Below, piece after piece: positions 10,201 to 19,489 of a DNA stretch of 64,000 bases. The position numbers and the translations under genes are program-made. Each line of letters starts with the position of its first letter. Position 1 is the stretch's first letter. The stretch spans positions 192,001 to 256,000 of the forward strand of contig JAFATB010000014.1 of the NCBI GenBank assembly GCA_019244185.1, written 5' to 3'. The notes beneath the pieces were generated by a model, which was not told the origin of the DNA, made no database searches, and was given only the letters and a program-made list of their open reading frames with translations. This stretch comes from Acidobacteriota bacterium (GTDB taxonomy: Bacteria; Acidobacteriota; Thermoanaerobaculia; Gp7-AA8).

Positions 10201-11459
10201 CGCTGCGCGCGAAGATCCTCGCGTACATCATCGCCGTGCACGTCGCGCTCGGCGCGGCGGCGTGGTTCGTCATCGACGCGTGGTTCAACGTCTCGGAGCT
10301 GCGCTTCCTGCTCTTCGCGGTCGAGGCGTTGTTCGTGCTGTCCATCGCCATCAGCGCGCGCCTCATGCGCGCGCTCTTCGTGCCGATCGACGTGCTGCGC
10401 ACCGGCGCGGAACTGCTCGCCGAGCGCGACTTCACGTCGCACTTCGCGCCGGTGGGGCAGCCGGAGTTCGACGCGCTCGTCGACGTCTACAACCGCATGG
10501 CCGAACGGCTGCGCGAGGAACGGCTCGGCGCGGAAGAACAGCATCAGCTGCTCGAGAAGATCGTCGAGGCGTCGCCGGCCGGCATCGTGATCTGCGACTT
10601 CGACGGCAACATCGCGCGCGCGAATCCCGCGGCGGAACGGCTGCTGACGCCGGAGCTGCGCAGCGAGCTCGCGACCGTCGCGACGGGCGAGTCGCGCCTG
10701 GTCACGAACCGCGGCGCGCGGCGCGTGCGCGTGCGGCGCGCGGAATTCCGCGACCGCGGTTTCGCCAAGAGCTTCTTCGTCATCGAAGAGCTGACCGAGG
10801 AGCTGCGGCTGTCGGAGAAAGCGGCGTATGAAAAGCTCATTCGGATGATGTCGCACGAGGTGAACAACTCTGTCGGCGCGGTGCGGTCGCTGCTCGAGTC
10901 GTCGCTGCGCTACGCGCCGCAGGTCGGCGAGGCGGACCGCGACGACTTCGCGAACGCCCTGCAGGTCGCCTCCGCGCGCATGGACGCGCTGAACCGCTTC
11001 ATGGCCGCGTTTGCGGAAGTGGTGCGCATCCCGCCGCCGGCGAAGACGCGTACGAACGTCGCCGAGCTGGTCGAGCGCGTCGCCGCGCTGCTGCGTCCCG
11101 AGCTCGCGCGGCGCGCGATCGCGCTCGACCTGAAGCTCGACGACCGCCGCGCGTTCGACGTCGATCCCAACCAGCTCGAGCAGGTCGTGCTCAACATCTT
11201 CCGCAACGCGATCGACGCCGTCGCACGCGACGGCGCCGTGTTCGTGACGTTACGCGACGGCGTGCTGGCCATCGGCGACACCGGCCCCGGCATCGCCGGC
11301 TCCGTCCGCTCCGAGCTCTTCACGCCGTTCTTCACCACCAAGCGCGACGGCCGCGGCCTCGGCCTCACGATCGTCCAGGAAATTCTCGCCAACCACGGCC
11401 TCGCCTTTTCGCTGGAGAACCGTCCCGGCGGAGGAGCGGAGTTCCGGATCGCGTTCTAG
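10197..11459 (+). CDS. Sensor histidine kinase (2 TM, HAMP/PAS, HisKA-HATPase)
   Basis: SHEVNNS H-box, NAIDA N-box, DTGPGI, PFFTTK, GLGL. Confidence 0.92.
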   Translation: MTLRAKILAYIIAVHVALGAAAWFVIDAWFNVSELRFLLFAVEALFVLSIAISARLMRALFVPIDVLRTGAELLAERDFTSHFAPVGQPEFDALVDVYNRMAERLREERLGAEEQHQLLEKIVEASPAGIVICDFDGNIARANPAAERLLTPELRSELATVATGESRLVTNRGARRVRVRRAEFRDRGFAKSFFVIEELTEELRLSEKAAYEKLIRMMSHEVNNSVGAVRSLLESSLRYAPQVGEADRDDFANALQVASARMDALNRFMAAFAEVVRIPPPAKTRTNVAELVERVAALLRPELARRAIALDLKLDDRRAFDVDPNQLEQVVLNIFRNAIDAVARDGAVFVTLRDGVLAIGDTGPGIAGSVRSELFTPFFTTKRDGRGLGLTIVQEILANHGLAFSLENRPGGGAEFRIAF

Positions 11460-11461
11460 CC

Positions 11462-12415
11462 TTACTTCGCGACGAGGATCTGCTCGATCAGCGACAGCGC
11501 GCGCGGGTCGTTCGTCTGCGCGAGCCAGAACATGGCGCGCTCGCGAACCTTGCGGCTCTTGTTCTTCTTCACGAGATCGATGAGCAGCGGCACGGAGCGG
11601 TCGGCGGGCAGCTGCGAGATGGCGAAGACGGCCTGTTCTCTCACCGAGTCGTCGGGGTCTTCGTCGACGGCGCGGCGCAGCTCCGCCGCGGCTTTCGCGC
11701 CTGCTTTCTGGCCGAGCCAGAAGAGCGACTCGCGGCGGACGTCGGAGCGCGGATGATGCCGCGCGAAGTCGATGAGCGCTTCGGTCGCGCCGACGCCTTT
11801 CGATTCGGAGAGCGAGAACACCGCGCGCTTCTGTAGCGACCCGTTGTCGCCGTCGCGGATGAAGTCCGTGAGAAAGCGCGCGCCGCGATCGCCGCCCTGC
11901 TGGCCGATCCAGAAGAGGGCGTCCTCGCGGATGCGGTTCGTGTACTTTGCGCCGCTCAGCGCCTCGAGGCGCGGCTCGGCCGCGGGGCTGTCGTGCATGG
12001 CGATCGCGGCGAGCATCGACGAACGGTCGCTGCCGTCGCGCTCGACCTGTTCCGCGAGGAAGTCGATGCTCTCCTCGGGTGTCGGCGAGAGCCACTGTAG
12101 TCCCGCGCGCTGCACCGGGCAGTCGCCGTCGACGAGACGCAGCCGTTCGACGGTGGCGCCGTTCATCTTCGCGACGACCGTCATCGTGCCGCTGGAGGCG
12201 ACGTCGTCGCGCGTGGAGAAGCCGTGCGACTCGAGATCGCAGTCGCAGCACCCGCGGCCGCCGCGGTCGTAGTTGCAGCAGATCGAAGCGTGGCCGGACA
12301 TCGGCACCTTCCACGCGACCCACGCCGCACCGGCGGGGATCGTGAGTCGCGCGGAAGCGGAGAGCGCGAGGGCGAACGTGGCGGCGAGGAGCAACGTCAG
12401 GCGCGTGGTCTTCAT
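11462..12415 (-). CDS. Secreted HEAT-repeat protein
   Basis: Signal peptide, Cys cluster, repeated VRxxAxFWLG/SQ helical repeats. Confidence 0.75.
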   Translation of the reverse strand: MKTTRLTLLLAATFALALSASARLTIPAGAAWVAWKVPMSGHASICCNYDRGGRGCCDCDLESHGFSTRDDVASSGTMTVVAKMNGATVERLRLVDGDCPVQRAGLQWLSPTPEESIDFLAEQVERDGSDRSSMLAAIAMHDSPAAEPRLEALSGAKYTNRIREDALFWIGQQGGDRGARFLTDFIRDGDNGSLQKRAVFSLSESKGVGATEALIDFARHHPRSDVRRESLFWLGQKAGAKAAAELRRAVDEDPDDSVREQAVFAISQLPADRSVPLLIDLVKKNKSRKVRERAMFWLAQTNDPRALSLIEQILVAK

Positions 12416-12424
12416 CGTCTACTC

Positions 12425-13711
12425 CTATTCCTGATCGAGGATCTGCAGCATGTAGTCGACGGCGTCCTTGTCGTTCATCACGGAAAGCTTCTCGAGCGCG
12501 TCGTGCTTGAGCTCGCGGTTCGTCTCTTTCTTCACGATGTCGATGAGCGCCTTCGCGTTGTCTTGCACGAAGAGGCCTTCGATGACGGCGCGCTTCACGC
12601 TCATGCTCGGGTCGCTGCTGTAGAGCTGGAGAAGGAGCGGCGCGGTGTGCTTGCCCATGAGGCCGAGCTTGCGGATCGCGTCGGCGCGAAGCTCCACGTC
12701 TTTCTCGCCGCGCGCGAGCTCGCTCATGCGCTGCGAGTCGCCGGCGACGAAGAGCGCCTCGATGATGGCCTCGCGCACGTTGCGCGCGGTTTCGTTCGCG
12801 TAGAGCGAGGCCAGCTCGCCGCGCGCGTTCATGACGCCGAGGGTGCGGATCGCTTCCTCGCGGAGATCGGCGTCCTTCTCGGAACGCGCGGCGTTGACGA
12901 CGCGCGCCTCGTCGCCGGCGATCATGAAGGCCTGCAGCACTTCCTTCTTCACCTCGCGCGATGCGGAGGAGGAGTAGAGCTCGGCGAGGAGCTGGCGGTT
13001 GTGCTCCGTGCCCTGGATGCCGAGGTACTTCACGACGGACTTCTGGAGCTCGGGATTGGTCGTGCCGCGGGCGATCGACGAGATGAGCTGCTGCGCGCGC
13101 GGAGAGTCGGACTGGCTGAGGATGAACAGCGCCTGATCCTTGACCTTGTGCGAGGCATTGCTGCGCAGGATCTTGTCGAGCAGCGGATACGCGCGCTCGG
13201 GATCGGTGTTCATCAGCGAGTTGATGGCCATGATCTTCAGCTCGTCGTCCTCGACATGCTCGGGCGCGACGCGCTCGCCGCCGGCCTGGCGCACTTCGAG
13301 ATCGAGCGCGCGCGCGTCGTCGAGCCACTTGCTCTGCGGATACGCTTTCTTCAGCGTGGCCACGGTCTGCAGCGCCTCGCCGCGGCGCCCGAGCTTCGCC
13401 AGCGCGTACGCGGTCCAGTAAAGGGCGCCGTCGGCGCGCTTGCCTTTCATCTCCGCGACCTGCGAGAAGTACTTGATCGCGTCTTCCCACTCGCCGTCGT
13501 CGATGGCGTCGGTGCCGTCGCCGTAGAGATCGCTCTCGCGTTCGGCGCGCTCGCCTTTTTCACCTTGTTCGGCGGAGGCGTCGACGTACGCGTACGCTTC
13601 GGCATCGGCATTCCAGTTGGCGAGCAGCTTGGTTGCGTTGCCGCTCAGGAGGAGGACGGCGAAGATTGCCGCGAGAATCGTTTTCGTGTTCATGGTCGTG
13701 CTCCCGTTCAT
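12425..13711 (-). CDS. Secreted TPR + HEAT-repeat protein
   Basis: Signal peptide, ALYWTAYAL..YPQSKW TPR-like segment, multiple LRxxAIxxLG repeats. Confidence 0.75.
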   Translation of the reverse strand: MNGSTTMNTKTILAAIFAVLLLSGNATKLLANWNADAEAYAYVDASAEQGEKGERAERESDLYGDGTDAIDDGEWEDAIKYFSQVAEMKGKRADGALYWTAYALAKLGRRGEALQTVATLKKAYPQSKWLDDARALDLEVRQAGGERVAPEHVEDDELKIMAINSLMNTDPERAYPLLDKILRSNASHKVKDQALFILSQSDSPRAQQLISSIARGTTNPELQKSVVKYLGIQGTEHNRQLLAELYSSSASREVKKEVLQAFMIAGDEARVVNAARSEKDADLREEAIRTLGVMNARGELASLYANETARNVREAIIEALFVAGDSQRMSELARGEKDVELRADAIRKLGLMGKHTAPLLLQLYSSDPSMSVKRAVIEGLFVQDNAKALIDIVKKETNRELKHDALEKLSVMNDKDAVDYMLQILDQE

Positions 13712-14568
13712 ACGCTTGGTTGCTGAATCGGCATCCGCTCCTGCGTGCGCACGCCGGCGCGCACGACGCGGAGCTTGAAGACGAGTCCCTTCGCCGCGAC
13801 GCGCTTCTGGATCCGCCGAAGCTCGTTCGGCGAGAGGTCGTCGGGCGCATGGGCGATCTGCAGCAGCACCGGCTCGAGCTCGCCGAGGAGCGTGGCCACG
13901 TTCTCCTCGCCGCGATCGGTGGCGGTGCGTCTGTAAAGTCGATTGCTGGCGAGCAGCGCCTCGGCGTGCTCGCGTTCGTTGCTGATATCCACCGTGCCTT
14001 CGCCCGGCGTGAGGTTCGTCAACTCGACGAGCACGCGTTCGGACTGGTCGAAGTGATCGCCGACGACGACGAGGAGGATGCGCTCCTTGCCGCCGCCGGT
14101 CGCGTCATTGGCGCGGTTCGGGTTGTTGCTCGCCGTGGCGAACGGCGCGTTCTGCTGCGACGTCGCATGCGGCGCGGTGGTCGTCGGCGAAGTCGTGGTC
14201 GATGACGCCGGCGTGGCGACGCGCGCGACCTGCTGCTGCTCCTGCTGCGGCGTGCGCCGCCACACCATGCCGGTGCAGAAGCCCATGCCCGCGACGGCGG
14301 CAACAGCCGTCCACTTCACGATCGCAGGCGTGAGACGCGCGCGGCGCTTCTCGCCGCGAAGGCGCCAGCGGAGTCGATCCCAGACGCGCGCCTCATAGTC
14401 GGCGCCGGGGTCCGGCACCTCGTACGGCGTCACGGTGTCGAGCGTCGCCGCGAGGCGGCCGAGCTCGGACTGGCACTCCGCGCACTGCGCGAGATGCGCC
14501 TCGTGCACGGCCGCTTCCGGCTCGCCGTAGTAGATGAGGATGAGGTCTTCCTGAGTGAGGTGATTCAT
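13708..14568 (-). CDS. Zinc-binding anti-sigma factor (ZAS, single TM)
   Basis: HLAQCAEC (HxxxCxxC) motif, TM helix, directly downstream of an ECF sigma. Confidence 0.8.
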   Translation of the reverse strand: MNHLTQEDLILIYYGEPEAAVHEAHLAQCAECQSELGRLAATLDTVTPYEVPDPGADYEARVWDRLRWRLRGEKRRARLTPAIVKWTAVAAVAGMGFCTGMVWRRTPQQEQQQVARVATPASSTTTSPTTTAPHATSQQNAPFATASNNPNRANDATGGGKERILLVVVGDHFDQSERVLVELTNLTPGEGTVDISNEREHAEALLASNRLYRRTATDRGEENVATLLGELEPVLLQIAHAPDDLSPNELRRIQKRVAAKGLVFKLRVVRAGVRTQERMPIQQPSV

Positions 14569-15128
14569 ACCAGTGATCCCGTGAAAGGCTGCAACTGCTC
14601 GCGGAGCTTGCGCACCGCGCGAAAGATGGTGTTCTTCGTGGCGTTCATGCGGGTCCCCAGGACTTGTCCGATCTCTTCGAGCGGCATTCCTTCGAAGTGG
14701 CGGAGGACGAACGCCGTCCGCTCGTTGCCGGACAATCCGGTCAGCGCCGCGGCGACGGCGCGCTGCATCTCGAGTCCGTGCACGACGCGGTCGGGTTGCG
14801 CGTCGTGCGAGGCGATGGTGGAGAGGTCGTCAGAAGCGTCGATGCGTCCCTCGCGGCGCCGGCGCGCGTCGAGGAGATCGAGCGAGCAGTTCACGCCGAT
14901 GCGGTGCAGCCAGGTCGTGAAGGTCGCTCGCGCATCGAAGGTGTCGAGGCGGCGGTACGCGCGGAGAAACGTCTCCTGCACGACGTCGTCCGCATCGGCG
15001 GGGTTGCCGGTGATGCGGTAGGCCATGCGGTAGATCGCCCGCGTGTGGCGTTCGACGAGCAGCCGGAAGGCGTCTTCGTCGCCGCTCCGGACGCGCTCGA
15101 CCAAACCGCTGTCGTCGTGCGTTTCCAT
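14565..15128 (-). CDS. ECF RNA polymerase sigma factor
   Basis: DADDVVQETF, FTTWLHRI, region 4.2 EEIGQVLG. Confidence 0.92.
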   Translation of the reverse strand: METHDDSGLVERVRSGDEDAFRLLVERHTRAIYRMAYRITGNPADADDVVQETFLRAYRRLDTFDARATFTTWLHRIGVNCSLDLLDARRRREGRIDASDDLSTIASHDAQPDRVVHGLEMQRAVAAALTGLSGNERTAFVLRHFEGMPLEEIGQVLGTRMNATKNTIFRAVRKLREQLQPFTGSLV

Positions 15129-15137
15129 TCGAGCCGG

Positions 15138-15163
15138 TTAGACCCGCGATTCCGGAAAGAGTT
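15138..15163 (-). promoter_or_regulatory. Putative ECF autoregulatory promoter
   Basis: Minus strand AAC-N17-GTCTAA, 9 nt before the sigma ATG. Confidence 0.5.
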
Positions 15164-15199
15164 AGTTCCGGGCCGAGGTACAGGACATCGCAAACGCTA

Positions 15200-16021
15200 C
15201 TACGCGAAACCCGCTTCGCGCACGATCCGCGCGCGCAAAGCCTCGTCCGGCATCGGCCCCTCGCCCGCGCGCAGGTTCGCGCGCAGATGCTCGAGGTCCG
15301 ACGTCGCCGGAATCGCGCACGTGATGGCCGGATGGGCGACGACGAACTTGAGCAGCAGCTCGCTCCACGTCGCGCACTGCAGTTCTTTCGCGAAGTCGGG
15401 CAGCGGCTTGCCGCGCAGCGAGCGGAAGACGGAGCCCGAGCCGAACGGACGGTTCGCGAGCACGGCGATGCCGCGATTCGCCGCGAGCGGCAGGAGTCGC
15501 CGCTCGGCCTCGCGCTCGGCGACGGAGTAGTTGAGCTGCACGAAGTCGATGCCGCCGCGCTCGACGAACGGCTCGAGCGCCGCGTACGCGCTGGCGGTGT
15601 AGTGCGTCACGCCGAGGTAGCGGATGCGGCCTTCGCGCTTCCAGGCGGCAAGGGTGGAGAGGTGTGTTTCCGCATCGACGAGATTGTGGATCTGCAGGAG
15701 ATCCACCCTGCCGCCCATTTTCTCGATGGATGCTTGCATCTCCGCGATGCCCGCCGCGCGTCCGCGCGTCCACACCTTCGTGGCCAGGAAGAGCCGGTCC
15801 GCGATGCCGAGCGACGTCGCGAGCTCGCCCACGACCGCTTCGGCACGGCCATACATCGGCGAGGAGTCGACGACGCGTCCGCCGCCGTCGACGAAGGCCG
15901 AGAGCACGTTCGCCAGCGGCTCGCGCGCGGAACGCGAGCCGCCGACGTCGAACGTCTGCCACGTGCCGAGTCCGATGACGGGAATCGCTTCGCCGGTCGA
16001 CGGAATCGGACGCGTGAGCAT
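15200..16021 (-). CDS. Aldo/keto reductase
   Basis: IGLGTW, DSSPMYG, LATKV, DLLQIHN, IPATS. Confidence 0.92.
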   Translation of the reverse strand: MLTRPIPSTGEAIPVIGLGTWQTFDVGGSRSAREPLANVLSAFVDGGGRVVDSSPMYGRAEAVVGELATSLGIADRLFLATKVWTRGRAAGIAEMQASIEKMGGRVDLLQIHNLVDAETHLSTLAAWKREGRIRYLGVTHYTASAYAALEPFVERGGIDFVQLNYSVAEREAERRLLPLAANRGIAVLANRPFGSGSVFRSLRGKPLPDFAKELQCATWSELLLKFVVAHPAITCAIPATSDLEHLRANLRAGEGPMPDEALRARIVREAGFA

Positions 16022-16024
16022 GGC

Positions 16025-17338
16025 TTACGGTCGCGTGCGGCCGCGCTGCGCGCGCGGCGCGGGAGCCGGCGGCGCCTGCGCGGAACGCGCGTGCGGCGCG
16101 GGATGGTTGCGATGCTGCGGCGGGCGCTGCTGCGTGCGCGCCTGCGGATGTGACTGCGAACGCGACTGCGTGCGCGGCATCATCGGCTGCGGCGCCGGCG
16201 CGCGGTCGGTGTAGTCGAAGCCTTCGAGCTGCTTGCGCGGAATCGGGCGGCGCGTGAGCTTCTCGACGTCGCGCACGTACGGCGCGTCGTCGTTCGTCAC
16301 GAAGCTGATCGCGTCTCCGATCGCCTGCGCGCGTCCCGTGCGCCCGATGCGATGCACGTAATCCTCGGCATGCATCGGGAAGTCGAAGTTGATCACGTGC
16401 GAGATCCCTTCGACGTCGATGCCGCGCGCGGCGATGTCGGTGGCGACGAGCACGCGGACGTTGCCCGACTTGAACGCTTTGAGCGCGGCGACGCGCTGTC
16501 CCTGTGAGCGGTTCGAGTGCAGCGCGGCGGTCTCGATACCGGCCTGCTTGAGCTTGCGCGCGATCTTGTCGGCGCCGTGCTTCGTGCGCGAGAAGACGAG
16601 CACGGAGTCGAGCGCGTCGTGCTGCAGCAATGCGAGCAGCAACTCGACCTTGCGCGACTTCGGCACCGGATACAGCGCCTGCGCGACGGTGTCCGCGGGA
16701 TTCGAGCGGCGGCCGATCTCGACCGTCTCCGGATTCTGCAGGAACGCCGAGGTGACCTGTTCGATCTCGTTCGAGAGCGTGGCCGAGAAGAGCAGCGTCT
16801 GCCGGTCTTTCGGCAGCGCGCCGACGACGCGGCGGATCTGCGGAAGGAAGCCCATGTCGAGCATGCGGTCCGCTTCGTCGAGGACGGCATAGCGGATGTC
16901 GCGCAGGTCGACGTGACGCGACTGCATCAGATCGAGAAGACGCCCCGGGGTGGCGACGATGATGTCGACGCCGCGGCGCAGCGCGTCGATCTGCGGCTGT
17001 TCGCCGACGCCGCCGAAGATCGCGACGCGGCGGAAGGGGAGGTGGCGCGAGAGCGTGGCGATCGACTCGTCGATCTGCGCGGCGAGCTCGCGCGTCGGGG
17101 CGAGGACGAGCGCGCGCGGCGTGCGGCGCACGTGCGGCGGCTGCGATGCGAGCATTTCGAGCAGCGGAAGGACGAACGCGGCGGTCTTGCCGGTGCCGGT
17201 CTGGGCGATGCCGATCAGATCGCGGCCGGCGAGAGCGTGCGGAATCGCGGCCTGCTGAATCGGCGTCGGCTCGGTGTAGCCGGCGTCGGTGACCGCGCGA
17301 AGAAGAGTCGGACGAAGTCCGAGTGTAGAAAATGACAT
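16025..17338 (-). CDS. rhlE: DEAD-box RNA helicase (RhlE-like)
   Basis: Q motif PTPIQ, AQTGTGKT, PTRELA, DEADRMLDMGF, SAT, HRIGRTGR. Confidence 0.9.
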   Translation of the reverse strand: MSFSTLGLRPTLLRAVTDAGYTEPTPIQQAAIPHALAGRDLIGIAQTGTGKTAAFVLPLLEMLASQPPHVRRTPRALVLAPTRELAAQIDESIATLSRHLPFRRVAIFGGVGEQPQIDALRRGVDIIVATPGRLLDLMQSRHVDLRDIRYAVLDEADRMLDMGFLPQIRRVVGALPKDRQTLLFSATLSNEIEQVTSAFLQNPETVEIGRRSNPADTVAQALYPVPKSRKVELLLALLQHDALDSVLVFSRTKHGADKIARKLKQAGIETAALHSNRSQGQRVAALKAFKSGNVRVLVATDIAARGIDVEGISHVINFDFPMHAEDYVHRIGRTGRAQAIGDAISFVTNDDAPYVRDVEKLTRRPIPRKQLEGFDYTDRAPAPQPMMPRTQSRSQSHPQARTQQRPPQHRNHPAPHARSAQAPPAPAPRAQRGRTRP

Positions 17339-17441
17339 GCGGCGCCGAGAACCGGAGGGGGAGGGCGTAAATTGCCTGGCTCGAGGGTAGGGAAGAGAAT
17401 CGTATTGGCTCTCCTTAAAAACACTCGTTCAAGGATCGACT

Positions 17442-18875
17442 ATGACTCTCTTCCTCGTGATCTTCGGTGCTCTCGCGTTCGCGGCCGTCGTGGTTCTGGC
17501 CGTTCTTCTTCGCAGTCAAACCCTTCAGCGAAATCAACTGGTCGAGCGATTCCGCGGTGTCGTCGATGCGGATGCGGAACGCAAGCGCGTCCTCGCTGAG
17601 CTCGAACGCGAGCAAAACGCGGCGCGCTCTGAGACCGAGCGGCAGCGCGCCGAGGCCGCGGCGCAGCTCGCGTCGATCCGCAACCAGACCGCCTCGGATG
17701 CGCAACAACTGGCTGAGCTCCAGCGGAACATTCAGGGCCTGCGTGCGGAATTCGCGGCCCTCGATGAGGAGGCGAATCTCCAGTCGTTCGGCTTCTACAA
17801 ACCGCATTACGCGTTTGCGGACTCAGCGCACTACGCGGCAGAGCTGGAGCGCATTTGCGACGCGCAGAAAGAAATGCTGAAACAGAAGCGCGCCGCCGTC
17901 TGCCAAAGCGAGTGGACCGTGAACGGCAGCAAGGCCGAAGGTCGCAAGCAGGTGAATCAAACCCTCAAGTTGATGCTGCGCGCGTTCAATGGCGAATGCG
18001 ACGCGGCCATCGCCAAGGTCCGCTACAACAACGTCCACGTCATGGAAACGCGGATCAACAAAGCGTACGACGTCATCAACAGCCTCGCCGAGGTGCAGCG
18101 TTGCGACATCACGCGCGAGTACCGCGAGCTGAAGTTGCAGGAACTCCGGCTGGTGCACGAGTACGAGGAGAAGCTGCAGGAAGAAAAAGAAGAGCAGCGC
18201 CGGATCCGCGAGCAGATGCGCGACGACGAGATCGCGCAACGGGAGCTGGAGAAGGCGCGCCTCGACGCGGAGCGGGAAGAACAGCGTTACGAGAAGGCGC
18301 TCGCGAAGGCGCGGGAAGAAGCCGAGCGTGCGGTGGGCGCGAAACAGGAGAAGCTGCTGAGCGAGATCGACGCACTGCGGCAGCGGCTCGCGGAAGCACA
18401 GGCGAACAAGGAGCGTGCGATTGCGCGCGCGCAGATGACGCGTTCAGGGCACGTCTACGTGATCTCGAACGTCGGCTCTTTCGGTGAGCACGTCTACAAG
18501 ATCGGTATGACGCGGCGGCTCGATCCGATGGACCGCATCCGCGAGCTCGGCGACGCGTCCGTGCCTTTTCAGTTCGACGTGCACGCCGTCCTGTTCAGCG
18601 AAGATGCTCCGGCTCTCGAGAATCGGCTGCATCGCGCATTTCACCAGCGCCGCGTGAATCGCATCAATGAACGGAAAGAGTTTTTCCGCGCGACCATCGA
18701 CGAGATCATCACCACGGTCCAGCAGCATCACGGCGACGAGATCACGGTGACGCGTGCGGCGGAGGCGACCGAGTATCGCAAGACGCTCGCGCTGCTCGAA
18801 GCGGAACGTCAGCAGACTGCGACGCTGCCGATTCGCGAGGCCCCGGCGCCGGTGCGTTCCGTCGCCGCGGTCTGA
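17442..18875 (+). CDS. DUF4041 + T5orf172 (GIY-YIG-like) coiled-coil membrane-anchored protein
   Basis: N-terminal TM, LMLRAFNGECD, GHVYVISNVGSFGEHVYKIGMTRR, ELGDASVPFQFDVH, RKEFF. Confidence 0.85.
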   Translation: MTLFLVIFGALAFAAVVVLAVLLRSQTLQRNQLVERFRGVVDADAERKRVLAELEREQNAARSETERQRAEAAAQLASIRNQTASDAQQLAELQRNIQGLRAEFAALDEEANLQSFGFYKPHYAFADSAHYAAELERICDAQKEMLKQKRAAVCQSEWTVNGSKAEGRKQVNQTLKLMLRAFNGECDAAIAKVRYNNVHVMETRINKAYDVINSLAEVQRCDITREYRELKLQELRLVHEYEEKLQEEKEEQRRIREQMRDDEIAQRELEKARLDAEREEQRYEKALAKAREEAERAVGAKQEKLLSEIDALRQRLAEAQANKERAIARAQMTRSGHVYVISNVGSFGEHVYKIGMTRRLDPMDRIRELGDASVPFQFDVHAVLFSEDAPALENRLHRAFHQRRVNRINERKEFFRATIDEIITTVQQHHGDEITVTRAAEATEYRKTLALLEAERQQTATLPIREAPAPVRSVAAV

Positions 18876-18878
18876 CGC

Positions 18879-19475
18879 CTACGACACGATTTCCAGCTCC
18901 GCGACCGTCGAACGCAGCTCGCGCGGGAGCCAGCAGTACGGGCCGATTTGCGTGAAGCCGGCTTTGCGGAACGTGTTGCGGTAGAACGCGGCGGGACGGC
19001 GCATGAGGCCGTCGAGGTCGCCCACGATGTCGTCTTCTTTCGTGAGGACTTCGAGGAAGGCGAGGCCGTCGCATGCTTTCGCGATCGCGGCGATGCCGGG
19101 GCGGATGTCGCGCTCGGCGACGTAGTGCAGGACGTCGGAGCAGATGACGAGATCGTGGACACCGAGGTCGAGGGAGGGGAGCTCGTGGAAGGCGGCCTTG
19201 TGGATGTTGCGCGTGCGGCCGAAGCGCTCGACGGCGTAGTCGGAAGGATCGAGTCCGGTGTACTCGATGCGGCTGCGCAGCGCGCGGAGATGCGGGAGCC
19301 ACGCGCCTTCGCCGCAGCCGACGTCGAGCACGCTGCGCAGCGGGCGGCGCATCACGTACTCGGCCATGGCCACGGCGAGCGCCACCTTGCGGCGCACCTC
19401 GAGGTGCGAGTTCACGCGCGTGTCGGGGCGGTGGTACCAGCGTTCGAAATACGCGCGGTCGTACTCTTTGGGCAT
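18879..19475 (-). CDS. Class I SAM-dependent methyltransferase
   Basis: VLDVGCGEG motif I, GLDPS, LVICSDVLHY. Confidence 0.85.
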   Translation of the reverse strand: MPKEYDRAYFERWYHRPDTRVNSHLEVRRKVALAVAMAEYVMRRPLRSVLDVGCGEGAWLPHLRALRSRIEYTGLDPSDYAVERFGRTRNIHKAAFHELPSLDLGVHDLVICSDVLHYVAERDIRPGIAAIAKACDGLAFLEVLTKEDDIVGDLDGLMRRPAAFYRNTFRKAGFTQIGPYCWLPRELRSTVAELEIVS

Positions 19476-19489
19476 CGGCGCGAATCGTA

